From an uncultured Alcanivoracaceae bacterium (GTDB lineage Bacteria; Pseudomonadota; Gammaproteobacteria; Pseudomonadales; Alcanivoracaceae), in NCBI GenBank assembly GCA_964456185.1, contig CAYVZZ010000002.1:1-55802 (forward strand): a stretch of DNA of 55,802 bases, written 5' to 3'. Numbering within the stretch: the first letter of the stretch is position 1; the number at the start of each line of letters is the position of its first letter. The notes beneath the pieces were generated by a model. The model was not told where the DNA came from, made no database searches, and worked only from the letters and a program-made list of their open reading frames with translations. The translations under genes were made by a program, and so were the position numbers. Shown piece after piece: positions 37,191 through 50,002 of this stretch.

Positions 37191-37218
37191 AGGCTGTACT
37201 CCGCGCTAACTCAAGCGC

Positions 37219-37264
37219 AAAAAAAGGCCGCGATACCCATCGGTGGTGTCGCGGCCTTTTTTGT
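37219..37264. terminator. Bidirectional terminator between rne and the protease gene
   Basis: AAAAAAGGCCGCGATACC-catc-GGTGGTGTCGCGGCCTTTTTT. Confidence 0.8.
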
Positions 37265-37281
37265 GCTTTCTGCCTAACTCA

Positions 37282-38664
37282 CTAGCGTATAACTAAGAAG
37301 AAGACGCCGCCATGTCGATTGATGCGCAATAGCAAGCCATCATCGTTCTGACCCACAGCTTGTGCCAAATCGTGCAAACTCTTCACTGCATAGTGGTTGG
37401 CACTGATAATGATGTCACCCTTTCGCAGCCCGGCGCGCTCAGCAGCACTGCCACCTTTCACGCCTTCCACCAACACACCGGCATTTACCCGATGGTTTTC
37501 GCCCTGATGCAAGGTGCGCAATGAAGCGCCTTTCAACACAGGCGATATGGCACTGCCTTTACCGCTGGATGGCAGCTTGCCAATAGTGGCCTTCACAACC
37601 TGCTTCTTGCCATGACGCAATAAGGTGAGCGTCAAGGTCGTGCCGACGGGCGTCAGACCGATCTTGTTACGCAATTCACTAGCCGATCGCATGGGTTCAT
37701 CGCCCACGGCCAACACCACATCACCCGCTTGCAGCCCCGCCTTGTCGGCGGCAGAGTTGTCCAACACACGGGTTATCACAACACCGCCGTCATCTTTATC
37801 AACACCAAATGCCTTCGCCAGCGCCGGCGTCAGGTTTTGGATAGTCACACCAAGCATGCCACGGTGGACTTCGCCATACTTAATCAGCTGGTTCATCACA
37901 CTTACCGCCATATCAGACGGAATTGCAAAACCAATGCCCACATTGCCCCCCGATGGCGCAACAATCGCGGTGGGAATGCCCACCAATTGTCCCTTCAAGT
38001 TCACCAAGGCACCGCCCGAGTTGCCCGGGTTAATAGACGCGTCGGTTTGAATGAAATTCTCATACCCTTCAATGCCCAGTCCTGAGCGTTCTAGCGCCGA
38101 CACAATGCCTGAAGTTACTGTCTGTCCCAGCGCAAAAGGATTGCCGATAGCGACCACATAGTCGCCCACTCGCAGATTATCAGAATCGGCAATATCTACC
38201 TGGGTCAGATTATCGGCGTCGATTTGCAACACGGCCAAGTCCACCGATTTATCCTGCCCGACCAGTTTGGCATCAAGGGTACGGCCATCTTTCAACGTCA
38301 CCTTAATATCGCTGGCACCACGAATCACGTGCGCATTAGTCAGCACATAGCCTTTTTCAGCATCGACGATCACACCAGAACCCGCCGCGACCGCTCGCTT
38401 ATGGGTAGTTGGCTGATGCTGGCGCTGGGGCAAATTAAAAAAGCGCCGAAAGAAAGGATCGTTTAACAAGGGGGATTGTGTTTTCACCTTGGTAAAGGTG
38501 GCGATATTTACCACCGCCGGTGACACACGCGCGACCATTGGCGCTAAAGACGGCATGGTAGTGCCACCTGCCGGACTCCCTACAGGCGGTGCCTTGGCGA
38601 CGGCCTGTCCAGCAAACGCCAATAACATAATAAGCATGACATAACGTAATCTTGTCATATTCAA
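37282..38664 (-). CDS. Periplasmic Do/HtrA-family serine protease (DegP/MucD-like, two PDZ domains)
   Basis: Signal peptide; catalytic TNAHVI, DLAVLQ, GNSGGALVN; two PDZ-like repeats. Confidence 0.9.
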   Translation of the reverse strand: MNMTRLRYVMLIMLLAFAGQAVAKAPPVGSPAGGTTMPSLAPMVARVSPAVVNIATFTKVKTQSPLLNDPFFRRFFNLPQRQHQPTTHKRAVAAGSGVIVDAEKGYVLTNAHVIRGASDIKVTLKDGRTLDAKLVGQDKSVDLAVLQIDADNLTQVDIADSDNLRVGDYVVAIGNPFALGQTVTSGIVSALERSGLGIEGYENFIQTDASINPGNSGGALVNLKGQLVGIPTAIVAPSGGNVGIGFAIPSDMAVSVMNQLIKYGEVHRGMLGVTIQNLTPALAKAFGVDKDDGGVVITRVLDNSAADKAGLQAGDVVLAVGDEPMRSASELRNKIGLTPVGTTLTLTLLRHGKKQVVKATIGKLPSSGKGSAISPVLKGASLRTLHQGENHRVNAGVLVEGVKGGSAAERAGLRKGDIIISANHYAVKSLHDLAQAVGQNDDGLLLRINRHGGVFFLVIR

Positions 38665-38728
38665 TCTCCTACTCAGGAATAGCCAATTAATGGGCAGTCA
38701 CAAAAACATCCGCCTGCAAGCCATTTTC

Positions 38729-38756
38729 TTTGATGGAGAAAACCGCCAGTGGTTCC
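38729..38756 (-). promoter_or_regulatory. Sigma-E (RpoE/AlgU)-type promoter candidate
   Basis: Minus strand GGAACCA-N16-TCAAA, about 65 nt upstream of the protease ATG. Matches the GGAACTT-N16-TCAAA consensus I recall. degP/mucD genes are classic sigma-E targets. Confidence 0.45.
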
Positions 38757-38818
38757 CTCAACCCCGCCGTGCCGTTACTATCGATACACACTGGCTCACA
38801 ACTTAAACCAACTAGTCT

Positions 38819-40000
38819 ATGAAACAACTGCTCGACGGCATTCGCGTTATTGAAATGGGGCAACTGATTGCCGGCCCTTTCACCACCACCCTACTCGCCT
38901 GGTTTGGCGCAGAAGTCATTAAAATCGAACCGCCCAAAGGCGACCCCATTCGTCACTGGCGAAAACTCGACGAAAACGGCACCTCTTGGTGGTGGTACAG
39001 CATTGGCCGTAACAAAAAATCAGTGACGCTGGATTTGAAAACCACCCAAGGTCGCGAAACGGCACGCCGCTTAATCGAAAAATCCGACATTTTGGTCGAA
39101 AACTTCCGTCCCGGCACCATGGAAAAATGGGGACTCGGCCCCGGCACCTTTGAAGACGCCCACCCCGACTTGGTTTACACCCGCATATCCGGCTATGGTC
39201 AAACCGGCCCCTATGCCAACAAGCCCGGCTATGCCTCGGTATGCGAAGGCTTTGGCGGCTTTCGCTATCTTAATGGCTTTCCTGGCGAAGCCCCCGTTCG
39301 TCCCAACCTATCCATGGGCGACACACTGGCCGCCATCCACGCAGCACTAGGCACCGTCATGGCCTTATTTCATCGAGAAAGAGGCGGTGGCGGGCAAACC
39401 GTGGATGTCGCCATCTTCGAGGCGGTGTTTAATCTATTGGAAGCCGTTATTCCCGAATACAGCGGTGCGGGCGAGGTGCGTCAGCCATCGGGCACCACCG
39501 TTACCGGCATCGTGCCCACCAATGTTTATCGTAGCCGCGACGGCAAATTCCTGATTATCGGCGGCAATGGCGATTCGATTTACCGACGACTGATGGAAGC
39601 CGCCGGACGTGAAGATTTGGCAAATGACCCGGCGCTTGCCCACAATCCGGGACGTGTGGCACATCAACAACAAATCGACGAGGCCATTAGTGCCTGGTGC
39701 ATAACAGAAGACGCTGCCAGCTTGCTCGCCAAACTGGAAGCCGCGCGCGTGCCCGCCGGCCCCATTCATTCGGTGGCCGACATCATGGCCGACCCACAGT
39801 ATCAAGCGCGAGGATTATTGGAGAAGGTTACCGTCAACGGCAAAGCCGTTACCCTGCCGGGTTTTGCGCCACGTTTAGCTGGCACACCGGGGAAAACACG
39901 TTGGCCTGGGCCAACGCTGGGCGAACACAATCAAGATGTGTTCGGTGATTTACTGGGGATGGACGACAAAGAAATCGCCGCCTTGCAACAAGCGCAGTAG
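38819..40000 (+). CDS. Family III CoA-transferase (CaiB/BaiF)
   Basis: LDGIRVIEMGQLIAGPFTTTLLAWFGAEVIKIEPP...GD is typical of the family. Confidence 0.85.
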   Translation: MKQLLDGIRVIEMGQLIAGPFTTTLLAWFGAEVIKIEPPKGDPIRHWRKLDENGTSWWWYSIGRNKKSVTLDLKTTQGRETARRLIEKSDILVENFRPGTMEKWGLGPGTFEDAHPDLVYTRISGYGQTGPYANKPGYASVCEGFGGFRYLNGFPGEAPVRPNLSMGDTLAAIHAALGTVMALFHRERGGGGQTVDVAIFEAVFNLLEAVIPEYSGAGEVRQPSGTTVTGIVPTNVYRSRDGKFLIIGGNGDSIYRRLMEAAGREDLANDPALAHNPGRVAHQQQIDEAISAWCITEDAASLLAKLEAARVPAGPIHSVADIMADPQYQARGLLEKVTVNGKAVTLPGFAPRLAGTPGKTRWPGPTLGEHNQDVFGDLLGMDDKEIAALQQAQ

Positions 40001-40029
40001 GCTACCGATTCTTAAAGACTTTCCGCAGA

Positions 40030-40521
40030 TTACCCCAGCTTGGCGGTACCACCACAGCCATCCAGCTCGCCATTGGCAGCCGGCACATCATGGGTTTGAG
40101 CGTACAGATGGGTAATGAAACGGCGGGCAATATGCTTGGCCTTCATGGCATTGGGGCCGGCAAAATGCTCGTCGACTGTTTCCACAAAATCATGCAGCCA
40201 AATTTCGAAATGAATGCCCTTCAGCGGAAACTCACGATCCAGATGACGGTGAATGCGCATGGTATGGCGCTGATAGCGCTTGTCCTGCAACAACAGCTTG
40301 TACCAATACAGCGTAATGTGGCGAATATGGCTGGCGACATGAATCTTGGCGACGTCATAAAACAATGGCGCCATGACGTCGTCATTCAACAGCTTGTAAT
40401 AAAAGCGCATGACCAGCTCGTCAATAGCCGACTCGGTATCCAAGTCGGGCTTATTGCTTTGCATTGGCGTCGGCTGCTGCGCCTGACGCGGATCATATTG
40501 CACTACGGTGGCAAACGACAT
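40030..40521 (-). CDS. Globin-like protein (group III truncated haemoglobin-like)
   Basis: 163 aa; pattern LVMRFYYKLLNDDVMAPLF...HFEIWLHDFVETV. Assignment by recalled pattern only. Confidence 0.45.
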   Translation of the reverse strand: MSFATVVQYDPRQAQQPTPMQSNKPDLDTESAIDELVMRFYYKLLNDDVMAPLFYDVAKIHVASHIRHITLYWYKLLLQDKRYQRHTMRIHRHLDREFPLKGIHFEIWLHDFVETVDEHFAGPNAMKAKHIARRFITHLYAQTHDVPAANGELDGCGGTAKLG

Positions 40522-40528
40522 ACTTAAA

Positions 40529-40840
40529 TCACCAATCAATGCGTTTGACGAGAATATCCTTAAACATCACAAAGTCACCCATCAAGCTATAAAACGGGTG
40601 CTTGAATGTCGCCGGTCGATTCTTTTCGATAAAAAAGTGCCCAACCCAGGCAAAGCCATAGCCGACAATCGGCAACAACAGCAACAGCCAGGCATTGGCG
40701 CTGAGCAGACTAGACAGCAGTATCATCAACACACAGCTGGTACCGACAAAATGCAGACGCCGATTAAGCGGATGGCCGTGTTCCGCCAAATAAAAGGGAT
40801 AGAAATCAGCGAAACGCTCAAATGTTTGCTCTTCTGCCAT
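40529..40840 (-). CDS. DUF962 (Mpo1-like) membrane protein
   Basis: FADFYPFYLAEHGHPLNRRLHFVG...GHFFIEKNRPATFKHP. ATG 40840 is preceded by AGGTGG. Confidence 0.65.
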   Translation of the reverse strand: MAEEQTFERFADFYPFYLAEHGHPLNRRLHFVGTSCVLMILLSSLLSANAWLLLLLPIVGYGFAWVGHFFIEKNRPATFKHPFYSLMGDFVMFKDILVKRIDW

Positions 40841-40951
40841 CACACCACCTATCAATCCGCCATTTCGACCCAAACTGCCATGGAGCCGCCGTCCTACTGA
40901 CGACATAATGCGTTCAACGATTTTGAACCCCTTATTATAGCGATTAATCCC

Positions 40952-42178
40952 ATGACTGTCTTTGCCGTGCCAAATCCTCTTTCTCGGTTGTGGCTATCTC
41001 CAAGCCATCCGCTGCCTGATTCACTTAGTACAATCAGCGACATAGGTGACGAACCTGGGCTCATCAACCCAACCCGCCGTGATCACATTTGGCGTGCCAT
41101 GAAGCGCTTTTATCGCAGTGGCATGAACCCCGGCTTGACGCTAGCCATTCGCCATCGTGGCGAGCTGGTGTTTGATCGCGCGATAGGCTACCGGGATGTT
41201 ACGCAGCAAACGCCGCTGCGAGTCACCGATCCGGTGTGCCTATTTTCCGCCTCAAAGACGGTCACCGCCATGCTGGTGCACCATCTGGTAGAAGAAGGCA
41301 AATTACAGCTCGACGATAAGGTGGGTGACCACCTGCCCGAATATGCCTGCAATGGCAAGCAAAACACCACGTTGCGTGATCTGCTGACGCATCGTGCTGG
41401 CATACCGCGCCTGCCAGATGCCGAGCCCGAGCTACTGTTTCGCAAGCAAGAAGCCATGCAACAGCTGTATCAAACCGCTCCCGAAACGCCAGTAGGTGCT
41501 CAGCAGGCGTATCACGCCATTACCGCCGGCTATGTGTTAGGGGAAATTGTCGAGCGGGTCAGCGGCCAATCGCTTAACACGCTGTTAGACCATGTTATCC
41601 GCCGCCCACTTGGCATGTGCTACTTCCACTACGGCATCAACGAAGAATCGCGACATTTGGTACCCAAGCACTACTTGACCGGCCTCAAATCCGGTCTTGT
41701 CGACAAGTACATCCAGCATGCTGTGGGCGCCAATCTGGCCGAGGTGGTCAAGGTTTCTAACGATCCGCGCTTTATGGACGCTGTTGTACCGGCAGGCAAC
41801 CTTTACGCCACCGCCGAGGAAGTGACGCGGTTTTACCAAATGTTATTGGACAAGGGGCAATGGCAAGGTAAATCGCTGTATCAGCCCGGCACCATTGAAA
41901 AGGCCACCCGCTGCGACAGTAGGCCAAAGTGGGTTGATGGCAGCTTGCTATTGCCGTTGCGTTTTAGCCCCGGCTTTATGCTTGGCGAACGGACGCTCAG
42001 CATTTATGGCGCAAAAACCGAACACGCCTTTGGGCATATGGGGTTTGTTAGCATTACCACTTGGGCGGACCCGAAACGGCAGCTTTCGGTGGCCATGATG
42101 ACCACTGGCAAAGGGCTGCTAGGACCGCAACTTCCGGCCATGTTACGGCTGTTCAATACAATCAACCGCCTGAAATGA
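40952..42178 (+). CDS. Serine hydrolase of the class C beta-lactamase/esterase family
   Basis: 408 aa with SxxK (FSASKTV) and a YxN-like region. Confidence 0.75.
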   Translation: MTVFAVPNPLSRLWLSPSHPLPDSLSTISDIGDEPGLINPTRRDHIWRAMKRFYRSGMNPGLTLAIRHRGELVFDRAIGYRDVTQQTPLRVTDPVCLFSASKTVTAMLVHHLVEEGKLQLDDKVGDHLPEYACNGKQNTTLRDLLTHRAGIPRLPDAEPELLFRKQEAMQQLYQTAPETPVGAQQAYHAITAGYVLGEIVERVSGQSLNTLLDHVIRRPLGMCYFHYGINEESRHLVPKHYLTGLKSGLVDKYIQHAVGANLAEVVKVSNDPRFMDAVVPAGNLYATAEEVTRFYQMLLDKGQWQGKSLYQPGTIEKATRCDSRPKWVDGSLLLPLRFSPGFMLGERTLSIYGAKTEHAFGHMGFVSITTWADPKRQLSVAMMTTGKGLLGPQLPAMLRLFNTINRLK

Positions 42179-42215
42179 CGACGGGGCTTGCCCCGCCATC
42201 AGTCAAAAGGCGCGA

Positions 42216-42554
42216 TTAGAACAGGATATGTGCCTTATTTTTCGCGAGTGTGGCCTCGCCAATGCCTTTTACCTTGGCCAAATCGGCCAATGAGCTAAAA
42301 GCACCATGTTGTTTACGGTAAGCCACAATGGCTTTCGCTTTGGCGGGGCCCACGCCCACTAGTGCCTCGGCCAACTCACCAGCACTGGCTTGGTTGATAT
42401 TGACGTCTGGGCGGCTAGCTTCCAGCTCGGCTTTGGTCACCTGCGTGGTTTGAGCCGTTGTTTGTGATGACGCCGCCATAGCAGGCGACGCAGCAAAGGC
42501 AAATACTGCTGCCAACAACAGCAGTCCATAACGAATGGATGAAGCGAAGCACAT
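42216..42554 (-). CDS. comEA: ComEA-family helix-hairpin-helix DNA-binding protein
   Basis: Signal peptide plus INQASAGELAEALVGVGPAKAKAIVAYRKQHGAFSSLADLAKVKGIG. Confidence 0.85.
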   Translation of the reverse strand: MCFASSIRYGLLLLAAVFAFAASPAMAASSQTTAQTTQVTKAELEASRPDVNINQASAGELAEALVGVGPAKAKAIVAYRKQHGAFSSLADLAKVKGIGEATLAKNKAHILF

Positions 42555-42635
42555 AATATTCCTCCTTGAATAAGTGATTCAGTACGCTATCAGCCAAAGC
42601 GGTGAAGGACTGTAAGCAGAACGCGATAATTTTTG

Positions 42636-43328
42636 TCAGCTCATGTTCATGCTTTGCAAAATCGCATCCACAGCAGCCGTGGGGTCATCGGCCTGGGTAA
42701 CTGGACGCCCAATTACCAAATAATCGACTCCTAATTGACAGGCGTCAGGTGGTGTTACCACTCGGCTTTGGTCTCCCCTTGCCGTGCCAGCAGGTCGAAT
42801 ACCCGGCGTCACTAAGCAGAAGGGGTCGGGTAGCTGCTGGCGCAGAAAGCTTGCTTCTTGTGCCGAACACACCACCCCGTCCAAACCACAATCATGAGTC
42901 AGTGCAGCCAAGCGCCCTACTTGAGTTTCAACCGTTTGCTCGATCCCCACTTCTTGCAGCAAGGCATCAGACAGGCTGGTTAGCACAGTTACGGCGGTAA
43001 GCAACGGCGGGCGGTTAAACGGAACCAGCGCATCGCGCGCCGCTTCCAGCATGGGGCGACCGCCAGAGGCATGCACATTCACCATCCAGACGCCTAACTT
43101 GGCGGCAGCACGCACGGCACCCGCCACCGTATTGGGGATATCGTGGAATTTGAGATCCAGAAAAATACGGAATCCCTGTGCTTGCAAGGCTTCTACCAGA
43201 GCAGGCCCTGCACTGACGAACAGCTCCTTGCCGACTTTCAAAATCACTTTGTTTGGGTCTAACTTGGCGGCCATTTGTTTGGCTTGGTCGGCGCCGGGGT
43301 AATCTAATGCAATAATTAAAGCGGCCAT
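42636..43328 (-). CDS. pyrF: Orotidine-5'-phosphate decarboxylase
   Basis: LIIALDY...[12 protein letters not shown] motif. Confidence 0.93.
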   Translation of the reverse strand: MAALIIALDYPGADQAKQMAAKLDPNKVILKVGKELFVSAGPALVEALQAQGFRIFLDLKFHDIPNTVAGAVRAAAKLGVWMVNVHASGGRPMLEAARDALVPFNRPPLLTAVTVLTSLSDALLQEVGIEQTVETQVGRLAALTHDCGLDGVVCSAQEASFLRQQLPDPFCLVTPGIRPAGTARGDQSRVVTPPDACQLGVDYLVIGRPVTQADDPTAAVDAILQSMNMS

Positions 43329-43342
43329 AAGGCGTTAGATCT

Positions 43343-44548
43343 CTATTGTTTGCTCGGGATGGCGTGGTTGTCAGTTGTTAGTGGCTCTGGTGCGATATCA
43401 TTAGTTGGACGAATGCTTCCCCAGCGTTTACAGCTGGGACATTGCCAATGCATCTGTTTGGCTTGGAAGCCACAATTATTGCACAGATGAACGCGATCAT
43501 TGTCCGGCAACACATGGGTGCTGCGACGCACCAAATACAAATACTCTTGTAACGGCTCGGCGGCATCGTCGAAGGTTAGATCAATATAGCGGCGAAGTCC
43601 CTGAACGGAGGGATTTTCTTTCATATATTCCGCCAGTAAGTGGGCTGCCTCTGCCTCACCATAATATTGCTCAAGGCCACTCACCAAACGCAACACGCGA
43701 GCGGTTGTCGGCTGTTTCACGCAGGCATCGGCCAGAAACCGCAACCATTCTGTCTCGCCATGATGCTGGCGATACACGGCTTCAATCTCACCAAGAAACG
43801 CATCGAACAACGCGCCATCCAGCGTGTACAAGGTCAAATAGGCCGATTGTGCCAACTTGTAATGACCGGCTTCTGCTTCCACTTTTCCCGTCAGCAGCCA
43901 AGCGCGAGCACACTGGCGATCAAAACGTAAGGCGCGCTTGAGCGCACGGCCAGCCGCACGATACTGTGCCTGTTGCAACTGCAGCTGCGCCAACTCGCAA
44001 CAATAATGTGCCAGCACACTACTCATCTTACGGTTATGCGCAAGCAGCTGTTTCCCTGTGCTCAACGCGCTCTGCCAGTCTTTTTCCTGTTCAAAAATTT
44101 GCAGCAAGCTGCGCATGGCAATGAAGCGTTTGCGACTGCCCTTTTCGACCATATCCTGAAGCAATGCTTCGGCTCGATCGAGCACCCCACCGGATTGATA
44201 ATCCAATGCCAGCTCCAGCATGACATCGTCACGGGCGCTGGCACTTAATGCGTCGTTATCAAGCAGGTTTTGATGTATTCGAGTCGCCCGGTCTAGCTCG
44301 CCACGACGGCGAAAAACACGAGCTAAAGACAGGTGGGTCTCCAGTGTATGCTCGTCAACAACAAGGCACTTGGTTAATACATCGACGGCACGATCAGGTT
44401 GATCATTAAGGAGGAAATTGATGCCACGGGCATAATCACTGCCCAGTTTTTCAAGGTGGCGCTTACGCTTAGCAAGGCGCCCGTAACGCCCTAACCCGTA
44501 ACCCACAGCAATGGCTGCGAAAAACAAGAAGAACAACCAAGTGTCCAT
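43343..44548 (-). CDS. lapB: LPS assembly protein LapB (YciM)
   Basis: N-terminal TM, TPR repeats, C-terminal rubredoxin-like CNNCGF...WQCPSCKRW. ATG 44548 lies 1 nt after the lapA stop. Confidence 0.88.
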   Translation of the reverse strand: MDTWLFFLFFAAIAVGYGLGRYGRLAKRKRHLEKLGSDYARGINFLLNDQPDRAVDVLTKCLVVDEHTLETHLSLARVFRRRGELDRATRIHQNLLDNDALSASARDDVMLELALDYQSGGVLDRAEALLQDMVEKGSRKRFIAMRSLLQIFEQEKDWQSALSTGKQLLAHNRKMSSVLAHYCCELAQLQLQQAQYRAAGRALKRALRFDRQCARAWLLTGKVEAEAGHYKLAQSAYLTLYTLDGALFDAFLGEIEAVYRQHHGETEWLRFLADACVKQPTTARVLRLVSGLEQYYGEAEAAHLLAEYMKENPSVQGLRRYIDLTFDDAAEPLQEYLYLVRRSTHVLPDNDRVHLCNNCGFQAKQMHWQCPSCKRWGSIRPTNDIAPEPLTTDNHAIPSKQ

Positions 44549-44549
44549 A

Positions 44550-44786
44550 TTAGGCGTTTCCAGAACCACCCAGCAAACGGCTACCCAGCCAATGCGCAGC
44601 CCAGCCCAGTAGTACACCGATAACCAGCGCCGACAAGACCAGACCACCTAATGTCATTTGCAGCTGCCAGTCGGCTATCAACAGATTCAAACTCGCGTTT
44701 GCGGGGTTATAGACAACGAACAAAAAACAAATGACAAAGACGGCCAGTAATAGCAAAAGCACCAGCAAACGTTTGATTAATCGCAT
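44550..44786 (-). CDS. lapA: LPS assembly protein LapA (YciS)
   Basis: 78-aa two-TM protein directly upstream of lapB. Confidence 0.75.
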   Translation of the reverse strand: MRLIKRLLVLLLLLAVFVICFLFVVYNPANASLNLLIADWQLQMTLGGLVLSALVIGVLLGWAAHWLGSRLLGGSGNA

Positions 44787-44804
44787 ACTGCCCACTTGAG
44801 TTGG

Positions 44805-45119
44805 TTAGAGCGGTGAGTTATTACTCTTCTTGGCGGCGTTATCGACACGTTCGCGCAATGCCTTTCCCGGTTTAAAGTGCGGCACATACTTGGCATTTAG
44901 CTGTACCGTTTCACCGGTTTTGGGGTTACGCCCAACTCGTGGGGCACGGTAGTGCAGCGAAAAGCTACCAAAACCACGCACTTCAATGCGTCCGCCATTG
45001 GCCAGTTCGTCCGTCATCGTTTCCAACAACGTTTTAACGGCCAGCTCAACATCACCCGCAGGCAACATACGTTGCTTTGCGGCCAACCGCTCGATCAATT
45101 CAGATTTTGTTACGGCCAT
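44805..45119 (-). CDS. ihfB: Integration host factor beta subunit
   Basis: [13 protein letters not shown]...[27 protein letters not shown]. Confidence 0.95.
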   Translation of the reverse strand: MAVTKSELIERLAAKQRMLPAGDVELAVKTLLETMTDELANGGRIEVRGFGSFSLHYRAPRVGRNPKTGETVQLNAKYVPHFKPGKALRERVDNAAKKSNNSPL

Positions 45120-45248
45120 GTTCGCTCCCGAGATACACAAACTGTCCCCAGTCTACCCCTAATTTTGCAGAATTTACATGGGTCTAAAGACAGAAGTTTG
45201 CAACAGATTGCAAGAATTCATTACAGACCGCCGACATTTGCGGGGAAA

Positions 45249-45288
45249 ACAAAAAAATGCCCATGCATCCGACTTGGATGCATGGGCA
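45249..45288 (-). terminator. rpsA terminator
   Basis: Minus strand GCCCATGCATCC-aagtc-GGATGCATGGGC followed by ATTTTTTTGTTTT. Confidence 0.85.
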
Positions 45289-45302
45289 GGTGTTGCAAGT
45301 GC

Positions 45303-46967
<1,665 letters not shown>

Positions 46968-47072
46968 GTCACTTTACCTTTAATTACTCGGACAACCAGC
47001 CTTCCGAGGTCTATTCATCAATGATTGGCAACGTCAGCTGGTCGTTCCTCGGCGTTGCCAATTCCCGCAGTG

Positions 47073-47744
47073 TTACTGTCTGGCGTCAGACAGTGCGTCG
47101 AGAATCCGTTTAACCACTTGATCTATTGTCAGCTCGGTGCTGTCAATAATGAGTGCATCGTCGGCCGGCTTGAGCGGCGCGACCTTGCGCTCTTGATCAC
47201 GGGCATCACGGGCGCGGATCTCCTCGACAAGGGGCGCGATTTTAGCACTGAAGCCCTTTGCCTTCAACTGCTCACAGCGGCGTCTGGCGCGTTCTTCAGC
47301 CGTTGCCGTGAGATATATTTTCAGGATGGCATTCGGAAAAACCACGGTGCCCATATCACGCCCATCGGCCACTAAACCAGGCGCTTGCGCGAAATCGCGC
47401 TGACGCGCCAGCAACGCCTCTCTCACAGAAGGCAATACCGCCACTTGCGAGGCCAAAGCGCCCACCTCTTCCGTGCGAATAGTTCGGCTGACATCTTCCC
47501 CATTCAGAATCACGGCAGTGTCATCATCGGCCTCGGCAAATACCACTGGCAAATGATGCGCCAACGGCAACAGAGCATCGACATCATCAAGCGCCACACC
47601 TTCAGCGCGCGCGTAATAGCCCAACACCCGATAAATCGCACCGGAATCCAGCAAATTCCACTGAAGATGAGCCGCCACGGCACGCGCAATGGTGCCCTTC
47701 CCGGATGATACCGGCCCATCGATAGTAATAATGTCCACACTCAT
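47073..47744 (-). CDS. cmk: Cytidylate kinase
   Basis: [14 protein letters not shown]-loop. ATGA overlap with the upstream gene stop. Confidence 0.93.
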   Translation of the reverse strand: MSVDIITIDGPVSSGKGTIARAVAAHLQWNLLDSGAIYRVLGYYARAEGVALDDVDALLPLAHHLPVVFAEADDDTAVILNGEDVSRTIRTEEVGALASQVAVLPSVREALLARQRDFAQAPGLVADGRDMGTVVFPNAILKIYLTATAEERARRRCEQLKAKGFSAKIAPLVEEIRARDARDQERKVAPLKPADDALIIDSTELTIDQVVKRILDALSDARQ

Positions 47745-50002
47745 GGCGTCACCTCTTTATCCTGCAGCTGCATGCCCAAGCGGCGTGCCATGTCGGCAAA
47801 ACCCGGGAAGCTGGTCGCCACGGTGGCGCAACCATCTATCACGATTTCGTCACTGGCTTGCAACCCGGCGACGGCAAAGCTCATGGCAATACGGTGATCA
47901 CCCAAGGCTTGGATTTGACCACCACCATAAGCACCACCGGTGATTTTTAGGCCATCATCATAGGTTTCGACGGACACACCTAATCGAGTCAGGCCATCTG
48001 CCATCACTTGAATGCGGTCCGATTCTTTGACACGCAATTCGCGCGCGCCGTGCAATACCGTATCGCCTTGGGCGTTGGCTGCCGCCACAAACAACACCGG
48101 AAATTCATCAATGGCCAAAGGCACTAATTCCTCTGGGATTTCAATGCCTTTTAAAGGCGCATACTTAACGCGAATATCCGCTACCGGCTCGCCACCCGCT
48201 TCGCGCGGGTTTTCCAAAGCAATATCGCCACCCATTAAACGCAAAATATCAATAATGCCGGTGCGCGTCGGATTCACCCCTACATGCTCCAGCAGGATAT
48301 CGGACCCCGGCGTGATCGCTGCGGCCACCATAAAAAAGGCAGCAGACGAAATATCCGCCGGCACCTCCAATTGGCAGGCCGTGAGCTTGCCGCCGCCGTT
48401 CAACGAAATATGCCGCCCATTACTGACCACCTCATAACCAAAACCACGCAGCATCCGCTCGGTGTGATCTCGGGTGGGCGCAGGCTCAATCACGCTGGTC
48501 GTACCCTCGGCATAAAGCCCTGCCAAAAGCACCGCCGATTTCACCTGGGCACTGGCCATAGGCAGCGTGTAATCAACGCCTTTTAACGCCGCACCCCCTT
48601 TCAATGTCACCGGCGGATGACCATCGTCAGCGGTGTCGACTTGTGCCTGCATTTGTCGCAGTGGAATAGCAATGCGCTCCATGGGACGACGACTTAGTGA
48701 CGCATCACCGGTTAGCGTGGACGCAAAAGACTGCCCCGCCAACAACCCCATTAGCAAGCGCATCGAGGTGCCAGAGTTGCCCATATAGAGCGGCTTGGAA
48801 GCAGGCTTCAAACCGTGCAAACCTACCCCGTGCACTTTAACGCGGCCATTGTCCGGCCCTTCGATTAGCACGCCCAAATCGCGGAATGTTTGTAAGGTAG
48901 CTAGCGCATCTTCGCCTTCAAGAAAGCCGTCAATTTCGGTACAGCCTTCCGCCAAAGCGCCCAACATAATGGAACGATGCGAAATAGATTTATCGCCCGG
49001 CACACGCACTTGGCCGGTTAAAGGCCCTCCGCCATGGCTATGAAAGCGAATATCTTGTTCGGCGGCGGTATCGATTTGGGTTGTCATATCTTGCTTAGCT
49101 TGCTCATAGGAAGATTGCGCATTAAGCGCCATAAAATAATCGCGTGCATGATTGGCACGCTCCATGATGGCGGTAACGTCATCATCGCGCCCCGCTTCAA
49201 GGCTGGCTCGAAACTGCTGCAGCCCTTGCTCATAATCGCTTAGCGCTGCCAGCAGCGCGGTTTTATTGTGACGAAAAATGTCTCGCCACATCACCGGACT
49301 GCTGGACGCAATGCGTGTAAAATCACGAAATCCCCCGGCCGCATAATGAAAAATGCGATTGGAATCACCCTGGCGGGATAAGGTATCGACCAATGAAAAC
49401 GCCAACAAATGTGGCAAATGGCTGGTTTCCGCCAGAATGCGATCGTGCTCATTGACGTCCAGATGCTCCACCTGTGCGCCAACGCCTTGCCATAACTGCG
49501 TAACCTTTCGCAGCGCATCGGAATGGGTATTCTCGGTAGGCGTCAAAATCACGCGGTGATCAACATACAGACTCGCAAGAGCAGCCGAGACGCCACTTTT
49601 TTCACGCCCCGCAATGGGGTGACCCGGCACAAACCGCGATACATCCGGCAGGTGAGCCTCGGCAGCTTGCAAGATAACGGCCTTCACACTGCCGCCGTCT
49701 GTCACCACCGCATCAGGCGCTAACGCCGGTGCAATCTGCTGCATGATACTGGCCATGCTACCAACCGGCACCGACAGGAACACCAAATCAGCGCCCTTAA
49801 CCGCCTCAGCCGCATCCAGAAAGCCTTCATCAATCACACCCAGCGCCATGCCTTGATCCAATGAACGCTGGGAACGGGCACAACCAACCACACGGGTTAC
49901 CAAGCCGGCCTGTTTCGCTGCCAGTGCTAAAGAGCCACCGATCAACCCCAAGCCAATGACAGCCAAGCGCTGAAAAAGTGGCTCGGTCGGTGCATTGCTC
50001 AT
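47741..50002 (-). CDS. aroA: Fused prephenate/arogenate dehydrogenase - 3-phosphoshikimate 1-carboxyvinyltransferase
   Basis: 753 aa. The N-terminal ~290 aa has a Rossmann motif (IGLGLIGGS) and is TyrA-like. The C-terminal ~440 aa carries EPSP synthase motifs ([20 protein letters not shown]). Confidence 0.9.
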   Translation of the reverse strand: MSNAPTEPLFQRLAVIGLGLIGGSLALAAKQAGLVTRVVGCARSQRSLDQGMALGVIDEGFLDAAEAVKGADLVFLSVPVGSMASIMQQIAPALAPDAVVTDGGSVKAVILQAAEAHLPDVSRFVPGHPIAGREKSGVSAALASLYVDHRVILTPTENTHSDALRKVTQLWQGVGAQVEHLDVNEHDRILAETSHLPHLLAFSLVDTLSRQGDSNRIFHYAAGGFRDFTRIASSSPVMWRDIFRHNKTALLAALSDYEQGLQQFRASLEAGRDDDVTAIMERANHARDYFMALNAQSSYEQAKQDMTTQIDTAAEQDIRFHSHGGGPLTGQVRVPGDKSISHRSIMLGALAEGCTEIDGFLEGEDALATLQTFRDLGVLIEGPDNGRVKVHGVGLHGLKPASKPLYMGNSGTSMRLLMGLLAGQSFASTLTGDASLSRRPMERIAIPLRQMQAQVDTADDGHPPVTLKGGAALKGVDYTLPMASAQVKSAVLLAGLYAEGTTSVIEPAPTRDHTERMLRGFGYEVVSNGRHISLNGGGKLTACQLEVPADISSAAFFMVAAAITPGSDILLEHVGVNPTRTGIIDILRLMGGDIALENPREAGGEPVADIRVKYAPLKGIEIPEELVPLAIDEFPVLFVAAANAQGDTVLHGARELRVKESDRIQVMADGLTRLGVSVETYDDGLKITGGAYGGGQIQALGDHRIAMSFAVAGLQASDEIVIDGCATVATSFPGFADMARRLGMQLQDKEVTP

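Noticed and set aside
42178-42200. Short GC hairpin GGGGC-tt-GCCCC between the hydrolase gene and comEA
   Set aside because: The stem is only 5 bp and there is no T-run on either side, which is too weak to call a terminator.
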